DNA of 64,000 bases, from positions 2,294,001-2,358,000 of the forward strand of contig NW_027117339.1 of NCBI RefSeq assembly GCF_038025025.1. Reading direction: 5' to 3'. Positions 1-13,200 of this stretch are shown one piece after another. The notes beneath the pieces are model-generated. The model saw only the letters and a program-made list of their open reading frames with translations, was not told the origin of the DNA and searched no databases. The position numbers and the translations under genes were made by a program. Numbering within the stretch: the stretch's first letter is position 1; each line of letters opens with the position of its first letter. The stretch is from Phyllosticta citribraziliensis (Eukaryota).

Positions 1-3000
1 CAGCCAGTCTGCTGCTGCCATGGCCGCTGCAGGCTCAGCACCTGGTCATCCGTACCACGCCAAAAGCTCGACAGGGTGGGTGAGAGGGGGGTGAACCGAG
101 AAGACTTTGGTGAGTGGGCGCTTGATGTTTCCACTTTGCGGTTTCATCCTCTCGTCTGTTTCTGCTCCACCGTGTTGTTTGGCGACGACGGAGGGAGCAA
201 GCGACAAGCGACCCCTGCTGCCCGCAGGCCAGGGTCTTTCTTGTCCTCCGTCATTGCACGAGCTTATATTCGTCTCTATCTCTTTTGGCTTTTGCTGCCC
301 TGAAGTGACGACTGCCCGGTAACTTTACTTTAAAGCTAGACGTTGGTTGGCGTCGACGGCTCTACTGGGCGTGGCGTCGCGTGGGTAGTTCAGTGGCGCT
401 TTGACTGGCCCTCATCCACGGCTTAGCGGCGGCGGCAGTGCAGCTCCTCCACAGAATCCACCACAGCAGCAGGACCCTGATCATCGCTGCCTCTTCATTA
501 GCGAACCGCCGTCACAGTACGTACGTACGAACGGACGTACGGTACGCGGGGACAAGAATGACGGTAGTGCGAACTGCTAGATCTACCTAGGGTACCTGAT
601 AATCGCCCGTGTCGTATTTTTCCTCAATCTTTGGTTCTCGCCAATCCGCACTTCTCACCTGAGAGACGACGCAAACTGTCACCTAATTTTTCCATTGCTA
701 TGTCACCACCCATCGTTCCACTACTGCGAGCCTGGCGCTGCATCGCGTCTGGCATCCTTTCCAAGGAGGGACACCCAGCCAGCAACCAGACCAATAGCAA
801 CGCCATCGCAACTGTGATTGCAATCGCATCATCTTTCTACCTAGCCTCATGTCTGTCTCTCCGGGAGAATACAACTGGTGCTAACAAAAAAAATAAAAAA
901 AATAATCAACGCTGATTGATTGGTCGACTGATTTTTCGATCTTGTGATGCAGCCAACAGCAAAAGGTAGGGAGGGTGGTACTGCAACCATCAGAAAGAGA
1001 CCACCACAACCATCCCAACGGCGCGCAGGAGCAGCGCAGGGAGACGAGCCCAGCAGCTGAGGCCGCTACCCTATGCTGCGATGCCGCGCTGACGATGCAG
1101 CATGACGACAGCGACACTCTGGATAACCTCGCGACATTACTCAGGCCACGCCCCGTCGTCATTTCGCGATACTCTTGAGGCACAACCCACGTCCCATGCG
1201 GCTGTTGCGAGACAAGAGGACGGAAGGCTTTCTTGCTTCGGGTCGGTCGCGTACAGAGTTAGCCTCTGGTGTGTGCCTCAAAGCTACGCACCACCTGTCT
1301 ACATCTCCGCGCCACTACTGGCAACGACGAATATGCTCGAAGTCTAGTCGCCGGCGAATGAACAAGCCGGCAAATCAAAAGACGACGACAACAGCCAGCG
1401 CGCACTCCGCCCCGCACGCGAACGACAATAGCAACGACAACAACAGCGCCACAGCCGAAAAAGAGCATAGATGAGAGAGGCAAGCCTAAAAAAGGAACAT
1501 GCTCATTGGAGGACAAGGTACCGAGGGGCGAGCGCGGCGGGTGATGATGAAGCGGCTGTCGACGTCGCGGGGATGTCTCCTGTCGGCCAGCTGCACGCTG
1601 ATGTCGTTGTTGTCCTGCGGGTGTGGAGCGTGCAGCACACACACACACCGCAGTCAGGGAAGACGCATCTTCTCCCACACCACCTGGAACCGTAACTACC
1701 CTCCTCCTTCAGGGCATACTTTCACTCCGCATACGTACATGCATGCTGCCTGTGGGCGCCCGCCTGCCTACAGTACTGCACTTACCTAACTGACCTTTCC
1801 CTTCCCTTCCCTACCCTCCCTCCTCCTGCTTCACGCCGCGCCGGCAGATGGGCCTGGATGGCTTGCATTCGAATGGCTGGGACACCCTCTCTTCCTCGCC
1901 GCCATCCCCTCACGCAGCCTGTGCCGCCGCTCGCACTACCGCCGCCCGACAGGGTTGACCGCTGGCTTTGCTTTATTCTACTGCCCGTCGCTCGTGCGGG
2001 CGATGAGACTTTTTTTTTTTTTTTTGTGCCTTCCTTCATCCCCCATTAACCTGCAGCCCCGGTCCCCGTTGCGCTTGGCTCCTCTTGACTGGCGCAGGTC
2101 GCCGCCGCTGCTCTCCCGCTGTGCCGCGCGCCCACATCATCGCTAGGTACACCAAGCCTGTTCGTTGGTTGTTTTTCCTTTGCTTCATTTGATCTTTTGG
2201 CGGCAACGACGACGACGACGCCCGCCGTCAGCCACCATGACCCCTGAGAGACCTTATAAGTGGTTCAGTTCAAGATTTCTGACATTCGTCTCGGCCGTTT
2301 TCTTCGTGCTTGTTGTCCTCTTTCACGATGATGCGTACGTCATGTCATGGCTGACGGTCTTCTCAACATCCATGAAGGCATGTCTACTCGCGACACTACG
2401 TGTGCCCGTGCCCAGCTGCCCGCCGGCACCGCAGCGTAAAAGAGAGCAACGACGCGATGCGATGCGATACGATGCAACGCGCGAAGGCCGTCTCCCCGCG
2501 GAGAGAAGCTCGCTTGTCTGCGTGGCGGACGATGCGAAACGCAGAGCAGCCGAGCTGAGCGGAGCTGAGCGACATGGCGAAACGCCCGTCGCAGAACCGT
2601 GAGGGCAGGTAACGCAGTCGATATTTCCGTCGGTCGCGCGCGCCCGATCAAGAGAGCCAGCCACATGCGTCGGCCAAGGTACATTGTCTGCTGTGAATAG
2701 GGATAGAGATAGATGGAGACGGATGAAAATGAAGATGAGGATCGTGCACGCGGGCGGGCGGGCGCGTGTACAGGCGCAGAGGCGAGGCGGCGGAAGGAAA
2801 GCATGTTTGGCGGGAGTGATGTAAGGCGGGTAGGGATGATGGGCGGGGGAAGGATGGGCGGCGGACGGGATGAGATGGACAGGGGAATTTATTTTGGCTG
2901 CATAGGCTGGTTCTGATTAGAGCCGCGACGGCGGCAGCTGGGAAAGTTGGATAGCGGAGTCTCCGTAGTGATGGGCAGATGATCGCCTGCCTGCTTGCTA

Positions 3001-5393
3001 ACCTGCAATTGCTAGCATCGCAGACCGAGAGTGTGGAGGGAGTGCGGAGGGAGTGTGGGGGAAAGCAAGAAGATTGCACAAGGGACGCGGCGTCTGGTGG
3101 GGAGAACGTGTAGTAGAGTTGCAACATGATTACTTCTCAGCTGGGATGGGGCTTGTTTGCTGCTGCCTGTGTGCCTCCTTCTTTCGTTGAAGCACATGTG
3201 GTGGTCGTTGCAATATGCCGTTCAATATATCGATATAGCATCCAATCAATCAACCTTGGAGGGCTTGGTGCGAGACATTTTTCACCATTCATCTTTGTCG
3301 GGAGCGTTGCAGAAATAGAATTTGTCTCTTTTTGATCCATGAGCAGTGCTCAACCACGCTGTGGCGTTGTCAACTTGAAATAAAAGAAGACAAATCTTTA
3401 GAGAGATCTTTGGTCTTTGGAGAACTAGACTAAGGAGCTCACCAGGGCAACAACACCGACGGAAGCCTTTGCCCCCATCCTTCAACTACAAGCGCTACAT
3501 GTCGTGCTGCAGCATTCTGGGAAGCCGCAAAGCCACCACCACCCAATCGCTCCGTCGACGGTGCTGGAGATGTGTTGGCCAGCTGGCGTGCGGCTTGGCG
3601 CGGCATGTGAGGACTGTGAGTGAGAAGGGCAGACGATGACGGACGTAGAGGGAAGGTCGAGCGGTTGGCTCGAGCGAGCGAGCCAAGCCAAGCCGACCGC
3701 AACCCTACCCTACCGCCATGATTGTACGCGTCAGCCGAGCCGAATCGCTTGATGAATGGCTGGTCTGCAGACGAGGCTTCCGCTGCAGCAGCGTTTAGCT
3801 CGCCACGGCCAGAACGGCGGCGCCCTGGCGTTCTCTGACGGAGTCCACCTCTTGCGTCGATGTGTTTGCTGGCCGCGATTCGGTTCCCAGGCCTGCGGTG
3901 TCCGCGCGAGGCACGTTTGGAACTTGGAAGTGGGAGAGGTGGCAAAGAAGCGGACAGACCAACTCGCTCCCGGCGGACAGTCTTGCTGGCAACAGTTGGA
4001 GGGAGGACTTGTTGGTCGGCCCGAGGATCAGGGACGGAGTGACGGCGGAATAGTAGCGCACGTGTCCCGGCTGCATCTTTACTCGTCGCGAGCCGTCAAG
4101 CTTTGCTGTGACAGGTTTGCGTCGGCTACCCTGAGGGATGCATCATCTGAACCACTCGGCCGGGTCAGGCCAGTTCGGTGTCATTGTCGGCTGGGGGTGA
4201 AGAAAGGGTCAGGTCGTTCGTGGGTGAGTGGTGATAATAGAGTGGACAGTGACACGCCAACCGAAAGGAAGCAGAGCTCGGCTCAAGTCGGCGGCGACAC
4301 CAAGACCGCTGTCTCCCTCCCTCCCTCCCTCTGTGCCTCCGCCCCGCCCGTCCATGCACCCGCGCTATCCTCTGGAATAATCAAACGCTCCTCTGCCTGC
4401 GGGCCTCCCCGTGGTGCATGTGGCTTGCATCATTTCTCGTGTTGAACAGCACTGTTCGCACGGTGCGAACTCGGCAGCTTGCCCGAGAAGCTCGTCCGCC
4501 TTTCCCTGGCAGCTGCCCCGAAACTCGAGCGCGTGCCCGGGTCAGGTAGGGTCAGGGTGCCCCTAAAGCCAAAACGTAACCGACGAGGAGGCGAGAGCTG
4601 TGGCAGGGGTACGGCGACGGTTTGGGAGTCCTCCCTCCCTCCCACCCCAGATCTGCAATCCCACTTGGCAATGTCGGCCACGAGGCGATCGTCAGGAACG
4701 CCAAATATCGCTGGGTGGATCCCATTTCCTCTGTCGGTCCAAGTGATTGCCCAAAACGGTTGCCGAAGTCGAGCTTGGATGCTTGATGCTCGTCCCAAAA
4801 AGGGGGCCCGCCCATTCCCCCCCCCCATACCCGTCATGTGCCCCAGGGGCTGTGCCTCTTTCCTGTGGAGTTGTCTCAGATGGCTCATGTCCCAACTGCG
4901 AGATTAGGTCTCCAAAATGTCTCGTCCAACGACCCGGATTGCTCTTTGCAGACGGACCTCGTGGCGGTCTCCCCATCGTGAGGCCATGCGTCTTGTTGCC
5001 CTTCGACAATGTCTGCGCTTCTCGAGAGCATTTCGTCATACCAAGTCCCCTATTTGTTATCGCCTTTAGTTATCAAGGTAGACCCAGCATCGTGGGAATG
5101 ACTCGTTTTCCGAAATATCCTCCGCTGCGCTGCCTCACCGCCGCTCTCACCGGTCAGGCTTGCACTCATGCTCATGGCGCATTGGTCTGGAAAGGATGTG
5201 GGTGTGGAGCACCATGCCGTGTTTTGCAAAGTAGTCAACTGGTCGTGTGTTGTTCCGGGGTATCAAATCAGATCCGATTCCCGCCATTCCTTTCAACACC
5301 TTTTCCCAATGTTCAACGCCTGTCAATGGCATCCTAATCGTGAGCTGGTTTTCGAGCAGCCCTCTAACCAAACGCCATATGCAACCAGAATCT

Positions 5394-6106
5394 CTAGTCT
5401 CTACCATATGTTATTTTTCCTCGTTTGGTAGGTTTTCCATCATCATCTTCGTCTTTGGATGTGCGTTTCTTGTTGTTCGGGGCTTTGCTCGTCGTGCTAC
5501 CGGGAGTGGGATGATTGCTTTCGCGGGCGCTGGGGAATGAGGACGTCGGCGTAGGCGCGTGTGAAGGCGTGGTTTGCGCCGATCCCGCGGGGGATTCCTG
5601 CTGTACAAATCATTGGCACCAGCTCGTCTCAAAGATCGGCAGAGCTGGAATCGAGCCCAGCTATCACAGCCAAATTGTTCATCAACGCTGGCCTCCAACT
5701 TACATTCATCATAAAGCTATGCGAGCTTCGACTGAATATTCGATCCTGATCATTGATCGCGGCCTTTCTCCGTGTTGTGTTTGCACCTCCAATACTACCG
5801 GCCGTTGATGCCGTCGAACCTTTGATGTAGTTGTCGAACCCTCTGACTATATTGCCAGCAGCAGTCTCCTCGAGGTAGTTCGTCTCCGCGCGGTATATGG
5901 TTTCTTCGAGATTGTTCTGGATTCAGCGCATCAGCAGCAGCAAGACAATTGTTTCATATCGCACCCACCACCGCATTATCCAGCAGCCGTTTCTTTTGTA
6001 AGGCATCTCGCAAGTCTTTTCGGAGCTTTTCGTAGTACGGCAGGCCTCGTGTGGCTTCAGAGTTGGCATTGGCGGCAGGGTCGGCCGGCGGTGCATTCTC
6101 AGCCAT
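5394..6106 (-). CDS. EAF6: NuA4 histone acetyltransferase subunit Eaf6 (3 exons; introns ~5917-5968 and ~5601/5598-5703)
   Basis: The spliced translation MAENAPP...RGLPYYEKLRKDLRDALQKKRLLDNAV|NNLEETIYRAETNYLEETAAGNIVRGFDNYIK...DQDRIFSRSS...KRGKITYGRD* carries the Eaf6 family motifs. Both introns are GT..AG. Confidence 0.92.
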
Positions 6107-6395
6107 GGCACACGATCTGAGATGGTGGGATGGGCAGGCGAAGAGTTGTTCGAATGGAAGACGTGGGAGCACAATGGCGATGGGTTGATGATGTACCCAG
6201 GTTGTGACGCGGTGTTGTTGAGCTGCGCGACGGCGGCGCTGACCGCCTTCGCTAGCGCGCGTTCCCCGCGACGGAAGTTGCCTCATCTCCGGGAACAACC
6301 AACGTACTTTGTCTAAACTTCTGGTCGCGCCCAACGTGTGCCGCTTCTTCATCCGACAACCTCACCGCTACATTCTGACAGCACCAATCGGCAAG

Positions 6396-7351
6396 ATGGT
6401 CATGAACGCCAAGGACGTCCGGGAACACGGCGACGCCATCTTGAAAGCTTCCGCCGGCGGTGAACCGAGCTCGTCTTTTATCAAGCTCTTGGACGATTTG
6501 CGCGACGGCGTACAAGCGACCGAGGACATCTTGCGCTCAACCAAAATCGGCATCACGGTCAATAAGCTCAAGACACACAAGGATCCTGCAGTTGCGAGGA
6601 AGGCGAGTGAGCTCGTGTCAAAGTGGCGCGGCGATGTGAAGAAGGCTGGAGGCGGTGCCACGCCAAAGCAGGTCAATGGCGCATCTTCACCGGCAACGGC
6701 TTCACCCGCCCCTGCAGCGAAGCCCAAGCCCAAGCACACCGTCCCGCCTGAGAAGCGCAGTGTCAAGGCCGACGGCGTGGACTACCAAGTCACCGGAAAT
6801 GCGACACGCGACAACTGCTTGAAGCTCATGTACGATGGCTTGGCACTCATGTCCGAAGAAAGTACGTCTTGCGAAACGCGCGCGTCGCTGAAAGTTACGA
6901 AACTGACCTGATTCACTTGATAGTGCCTGCTGTCGTCCTCTCGGTAGCACGCGACGTCGAACTTGCCGCCTTCAACAAGTACCAGCCCGAGACCTCCGCC
7001 GCTTACAAGGACCGCATGCGCAGCCTCTACCTCAACCTCAAGAACAAGTCGAATCCAGGCTTACGCCGCCGCGTCCTGTCTGGCGAGATTCCTCCGGCAA
7101 AATTTGTGGTCATGACAAGCGAGGAATTGATGTCTGACGAGAAGCGCGCCGAGGCGGAGCGCCTGGAGAAAGAAAACTTGAACAAAGCCATGGTTGCGCG
7201 CGCAGAGAAGAGCATCAGTACAAGTTTGACTTGCGGAAAGTGCGGTCAAAAGAAGGTTTCCTACAGCCAGGCGCAAACTCGGTCTGCTGATGAACCTATG
7301 ACGACCTTCTGCGAGTGCACCAACTGCGGCAACCGGTGGAAGTTTTCATGA
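6396..7351 (+). CDS. DST1: Transcription elongation factor S-II (TFIIS), 2 exons (intron 6862-6923)
   Basis: N-terminal TFIIS domain (LRSTKIGITVNKL), central domain (YKDRMRSLYLNLK) and C-terminal Zn ribbon CGKC...QTRSADEPMTTFCECTNCGNRWKFS. The GTACGT...CTGAC...TAG intron joins ORFs 6309-6911 and 6869-7351. The start could be the ATG at 6396 or 6402. Confidence 0.96.
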
Positions 7352-9142
7352 GCTTTTCTCTCCCCTTTGGACCACGTCCACCATCCCACTAATACCACCG
7401 AGGGAAAATCTCTCATTTCTTGTACGACTGCATCCAGCGCAGCAGGCCGGTCCGCCTGACTTGACTAGAGCGGCACTTTCTATGGCGGAAGAGACATTGG
7501 AGTTTTCGACGAGGCGGAGTCTGGAGGGGTTCATGTCCGGAACGAATCACGGCAGGCAAGATGGGGAGGGGGTGCATGGACAGCGTCGGGGCTTTTGAGC
7601 CTGTCTCCTTTGAATGGTCTTAGAGTGCGCTCTTACGGTACCAGCTGGAATCGCTTGGTCTTTTGCGCATGATCACACGGTCGATTCGTCCAACAGTTCA
7701 GAGTCTAGTTCTAGCTCCAAGCTTAGCTTCTCGCAAGGCCCGGGGGGCTTGAATTCGATTTATCAAGTCTGTCTTTCTCAGGAACAGTCACAAACAAGCG
7801 TTGACCTTGCCACAAATTTCCTACTCCGTCATGTCGCGCTGCCTCATCGTTCCTTCATAAGTTCAAGTCTCGAGATACAGGGGCGGTTTTGTGCTACTTA
7901 GCATCGACTCGTGCTGGCAACGAGCATCAAGCGACAACGCTGAAGGTCGAATTTTCGCGCGGAGGAGAGCTCGGGGGAGGTAGACAGAGGGCCAGAAGCG
8001 TCTTCTAGATACTATCGATCTAAGCTCCACAAACCCGCTCCAGTATGAGGGGATCAGCCTCGAGTGATCTCTTCTATTTGTACTACTGATAGAAGCCAAG
8101 GTCTCGCAAAGCTTTTTGTGGGGAATACCGCTTTCCTCGTAATCTCGTGGCTAGGCCAAGAAGCACGTATGTCCATCGAAATGTGCTTCGAGGATGACAA
8201 AGCACCAAAAGTGCAATTGGCGCCGATTATAATAGCAGTGTAGGCAACCTCCAGACGTCTGTCTCCTGCCCCTCTGCCGACTCCAGACTTGATTATCTCT
8301 CTCAGTTTCCCGTAGCAATGACCAACAGCACCAAACGAACAGTGGAGCAAGATCTCCATTTTCGCTTCGTGATGACGAGGAAGAAGCCTCGGTGGGTCAG
8401 AATTACAGCGGACTTTTGGCCGGCAGAGAAAAAGATTCTTTCGCCTGTGATTCGCCTGCTTACAGTTCCCAAAGTCAACCGTCGGGCTTTCTCTCCAGCA
8501 TCGGGATGTAACCATTTCAGTTCGACTTGCTGGATGATATGAGGAGAGGGACGCCCTTTATGTCGGCAGACGAGTCGCTTCAGGGGGAGCACGACAGTCA
8601 CTTTGACTCAGCATTACATGTCCGCACTGGTCTCGTGAGCTTTTGCAGTCAGCGGGACATGCAAATGGAAAGTGCATGGGAAAGTGACGCAATCAGGCAG
8701 GCAGACCCGACTGTAAGCAGCTGTCCCGTGGTATAAAATCCTTTCCTTTCTTCCCTACGGCATCAGTCCCCGACAACAGGCGTGGACATTCGTCCTTGAG
8801 TCTGGAACCAACTCCATCCAATCAACGAATACTTTCTGCTTCGTTGGATGGAAGTGTACTTAATGGGAAATTGCTCCGGCGGGCCGCTCGGTGGACCGCT
8901 GTCCTGTCTTTGCTTCTTTCTTCCCGTCTAGTGACGCCTTGATGCTGCAGCGCAACGCCATTAGGGAATGCGGCCCATCAGTACTTCAGCAAGTCCACAA
9001 AGATCTTCCCACCATCCACTCGCCCCTGTCGCGCCACCCCTTCCTCACCACAACCACGGAACAACAGGACCCCCCGCTACCACCCAACACCACCAGCTAG
9101 TAAAACAAGGGGCAAAAGGAAAAAGGACAAAAGCACTCCATC

Positions 9143-9225
9143 CAGAACGACCAGGACTTGAACCTAGGACTTGCCGTGGATGTGATGTTTAACCACGACA
9201 TGCGTTTCCACTACGCAACCGATCC
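9143..9225 (-). tRNA. Atypical tRNA or tRNA-like gene; best read as Asn(GTT) with a 12-nt intron but with non-canonical T9 and G33; may be a pseudo-tRNA
   Basis: The minus strand GGATCGG TT GCGT AGTGGAA ACGC A TGTCG TGGTTAAACATCACATCCA CGGCA AGTC CTAGG TTCAAGT CCTGG TCGTTCT G folds as a cloverleaf. It has A-box and B-box motifs, oligo-T runs downstream and TATAAA just upstream. Confidence 0.7.
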
Positions 9226-10274
9226 ATAAACGTTTATATGGTGTGCTGTATAGTGGGGTAGTAGTTGCAACATCTTATATACCTAATTTAATCCTACTGC
9301 CTTCCTGTCAGTTGCCCACGCGCGAACGCATTGGTAGTGGAAACTCCGAGAAGACCTGTTCGCCCTTTCATAATTCACGCGTCATGTCTCCGTCAAGTCC
9401 TGGTCTGCCAGTCTCTCGTCGATTGCGCATATCAAGATAATGTCAAGGGACCAGATTTTTCGTCGTCTTGATGACGAACAGGAGGCTTGGATGGGGGGGA
9501 GGGGGGGAAGGCTGTCATGCCTCAGGACGTAGACGAGCAAGGCTTTGGAGGACAGTCGGGCCTCTCCCGCCTGTGTCTTTGCTGGCGGTTTCAAGCGTCA
9601 TCAACATTAGCTCCGGCACCGGTACAGGATCGGACGACCAAAGCACGAGTAATACAAAAAGACCATTCGTTTATCGGTCTGGTCTGTCAACCCGTCTACT
9701 CTCCTTATACACGAAACAGTCGCAACAAGACAGCTTTTGCAAAACGACAGTTGAGACAGCGCGAATTTCAATCAACAAGAAGACAACATTAAACAATAGA
9801 CCCGCCGCTCCGTTGCTTTTTGGAAAGATGATGTGTGAAGATGTCTGACCATGTGCTGACCCTCCGTCGCACTCCGTTCCTTCCATTCATACATACGGTC
9901 CCCCGACCAACGAACGAGGAAAACGAGAGTCACGCTCTCTGTTTGGTGTCCACCACGCCACGCACCTGCCCGCTTAACCACGTACGCACTCACGACCCCG
10001 TTGGAGATGGAAAGAATACACAAGACGAACGAAAGCAATCGCCCAGAAAAATGTGTGTTTGACGAAAGGAGAGAAACTGAAGCGCCCAAACACCAACACC
10101 TATCACCCCCGCCTGTCCGCCCTACGCTATTGAGAAAATCGCGCGCCGATTCGCCATCCAAATCCATAAACGAAGTATATGTGTAAGGGGTAAAGCATCG
10201 AGGATGTGAAACCCTTTCCCGCGGCCTCCCCTATCCGTCATTGCGCAGCAACCAAGCAAGCAACCAGAAGCTGC

Positions 10275-13200
10275 TCAAAGCACAATCATCAACTCATGCC
10301 TCTCCGTCTCGGGATCACCAAGGTCAGGGAAGTACGGCACCATGGCGTCAGCAGCATGGACGTACGCGTCGTTGTAAATGCGCCAATAGGGGACGCGGAC
10401 CTTTCTGGCGGGGTGGAACAGGCCGGACCAGACGTAGTTCATGACGGTACCCATGCCGACCGCGACGCGAATGGCCTCGATGGCCTCGATGATGCGGTCA
10501 ATGACGTGGGGGCTCGTCTCGAAGATGTTGGGGAGGAGGAGGTTGAGCAAGTGCACCATGGCATCTTCGCAGCCCAACCCCACGACGCCGAGCGCGACGT
10601 GCTTGACGACCGATGCCGCCGTCTGTCGGTGTACTTGGTCGCGGTCGATGAGGGCGTCCTCGAGCAGCGGCGTCACGGCGTAGACGTAGTCCTTGGCCAT
10701 TTCGCCGATGTATTCGAAGAGGAAGGAGAGCGATTTGAGCACGCCGTTTTGTACGTTAAGCTCGGGTACGCGGTATTCGTTCATGAGTGCGGGAAGGACA
10801 GTGAAGGGGGCACACGTCTCGGCGACGATGCCGATGGCGACGGCCGTACAGACACGAGACTGACGTTCTTGCACGCGGAGGTTGTTGAGAAGAGTGGCGA
10901 GGACGTCCTGCGGACCAATTGCCTTGGCGATAAAACCGAAAGTGTTGTTGGCAGCACGACGAATGCCCTTCTTGTGAGCCTTGAGCATGTCAAGCAGTTC
11001 GAAGCAGATTCTCATCCACTCGCGTGCGTTGACACTTTCGGGGCCACGATCAGCAATCCGACCGACGAGGTCAATGGTGTTCTCCTGGACCTTTTCGTGA
11101 CGGTTACGCAGAATAGGCGTCAATCGCGGGAGGAGGTCCTTGATGGGCGGCTGCATCTGATGGATACCCACGACAGTAACAATCGACCTCAGAGCACCAA
11201 GGATAGAACCGAGCACTTCGGGGTACTCTTCACCGAGGTATTCGTAGAGAACTGTGCCCAGCTTGCCCATGAGTGCATCCTCACCACACTGCTTCATAAC
11301 GAGAGCAATGCGGGACACCAAATCGGCTGCTTGTTGGCGCACAGTTGCCGACTTGTTATTCAACCGCCAGAGGATCGTACTGACAATCTGCGGGAGATAT
11401 GGTTTGCAACGCTGGCCAAGAGCGTTGACCACGGTGCCGAAACCGTTGAGCATGACAATATCCTCGATGCTCTGCTCCTGGAAGGAGTGGAGGATACCGT
11501 CAACAAGACGCTCCTCCAACCTTTCGCCAATATCGGCGGCGCCCAAGCTGGCAATGACCTTCTCCAGAGTCTCGACTGTCATCTTACGGTACGGTTCGCT
11601 CTCGTCTTTAAGGTTGTTGACGATTCTCTCCACAATCTCGCTAACACCAACTTTTTGACCGAGGTCGACGGTCGTCTCGACCACTTGGCGGTAATTTCTC
11701 TTGTCAAGGGCCATGCGGCGCACCCAGAAGCTCTTGAAAAAGTCGTTCAACACATGTTCCTTTAGGTAACCTGCAGTGACACCCTCCGTCTTTGCGCACT
11801 GCGAAACCACCTTGAGGACGACCTTTTTCATCTCCTCGTCCGGCGAGGAAAACTCGCGCAGCAAAATCTCCATGATTTGGCTCGTGTAGTAGTTGGCGTA
11901 CTCCTCGTCCATGAGGGGGATAATGTACCCAACGGCTTTCAGGAAACCGGCAAGACCCTTGCCACGTTGCTTGCGAGCGCCAGTCCACAGCGGATTCAGG
12001 ATATCGTCAAAGCTTTCGATACCGTAGGGGTTTGCGGCTTCAGCAAGGGCAGCTATGGCCAGAGCGGTGACCGTACGGACCTTGACCTGTTCATCGTTCA
12101 AGTTGTCTCCAATGCAATCCACCAAGCCCTTGAGGTGCGGCAAGATGGCGCAACCCATGAGAATGGGAATCTGCTGAACAATCTTAACACCAGTGTGACG
12201 AGCCTGCCACGACTTCTTGCTGCGACAGACAGCGCGAAGGAATGGAAGAAGTGCGGGGATACCTAGAGCAGAGGCGACCACAGCAAAGGCTCTGGCGGTT
12301 GTGTTTCTGACGTACTCGTCAGGGTGGTCAATATCCGGTCTCATCGTGCTAATCATGTGGGCGAGACCAGCAGCCTTGGCGAGGTTGGAAATGATTTCGC
12401 GACCCTCAACACGAGCATAGTAGTCTTGGTCAATGAGGAGAGGTTCAATGACGACCAAAATCTTGTGCACGTATGGTCGAACCATGTCGTCCAGCTTGTA
12501 AAGGATGCGATCAATGACCTTGACCAACAAGTGGCGCTCCTGGTCCTCGAGTGTCCGTTCCATGAGCAGGGGAAGGATCTGGTTGAACAGCGGCCCAGCA
12601 CCGAAGCTGCGCGCGTTGTCGGTGAGCTGACGAAGGGCCGTCTTGCGCATTGGCGGAGTACCGTTCTTGACCTTGAGCAACAACCGCATAATCTTGCGCT
12701 CCTTCATTTCCTCCATGCTCAGCTCATCCTCGTCCTGGCCGTCCATGAGCTTGCCGAAGTATGCCATGTCCTGCTCCTTGAAGAATTGCAATTCACCGAC
12801 ACCAGGGATTTCGTTTGGCAGTTGCTTGCCGAGTGCCTTGGCGCTTTCGGGCTCTTGCATCATGAAGCCCCCTGCCAGACTGTTTGAGGGCGCAGGAGTA
12901 GCTGCAACCTTTTTGGGGGCAACGCGGACCAGTGGTTGATAGCCAGGTGGGTATGGAACGATGGCGTAACCGTCCTTTTCTCCGGGGAGCATAGCGTCGA
13001 GGTCTTCATCGGACAGAGGGGCATTGCGACCACTCATGTCCATGCCAAAAGCATACGAGACGGTGGGGGTCTGTGACGGGTGCATGGGCGTCGCCATGCC
13101 AGCAGTTGCAACAGGAGTAGCAGCTCCCAGAGCAGGTGCTTGATCCCAACGAGATCTGCGCTTTGGTCCGTCATCTTGCCCAGGCATAGGAGTCTCGTCC

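Noticed and set aside
1..5300. Many short ORFs, poly-T (2010-2025), and CA and GATGC micro-repeats
   Set aside because: No recognisable domains or consistent exon structure. It looks like long regulatory or UTR DNA. The MTK...NKTH start of ORF 4692-5039 only superficially resembles ribosomal protein L37 and lacks its Zn finger.
10206..11765. 519-aa plus-strand ORF
   Set aside because: Antisense shadow of the codon-biased SF3B1 CDS. The same applies to most long ORFs overlapping AMS1, SNX4, BEM3 and the kinase.
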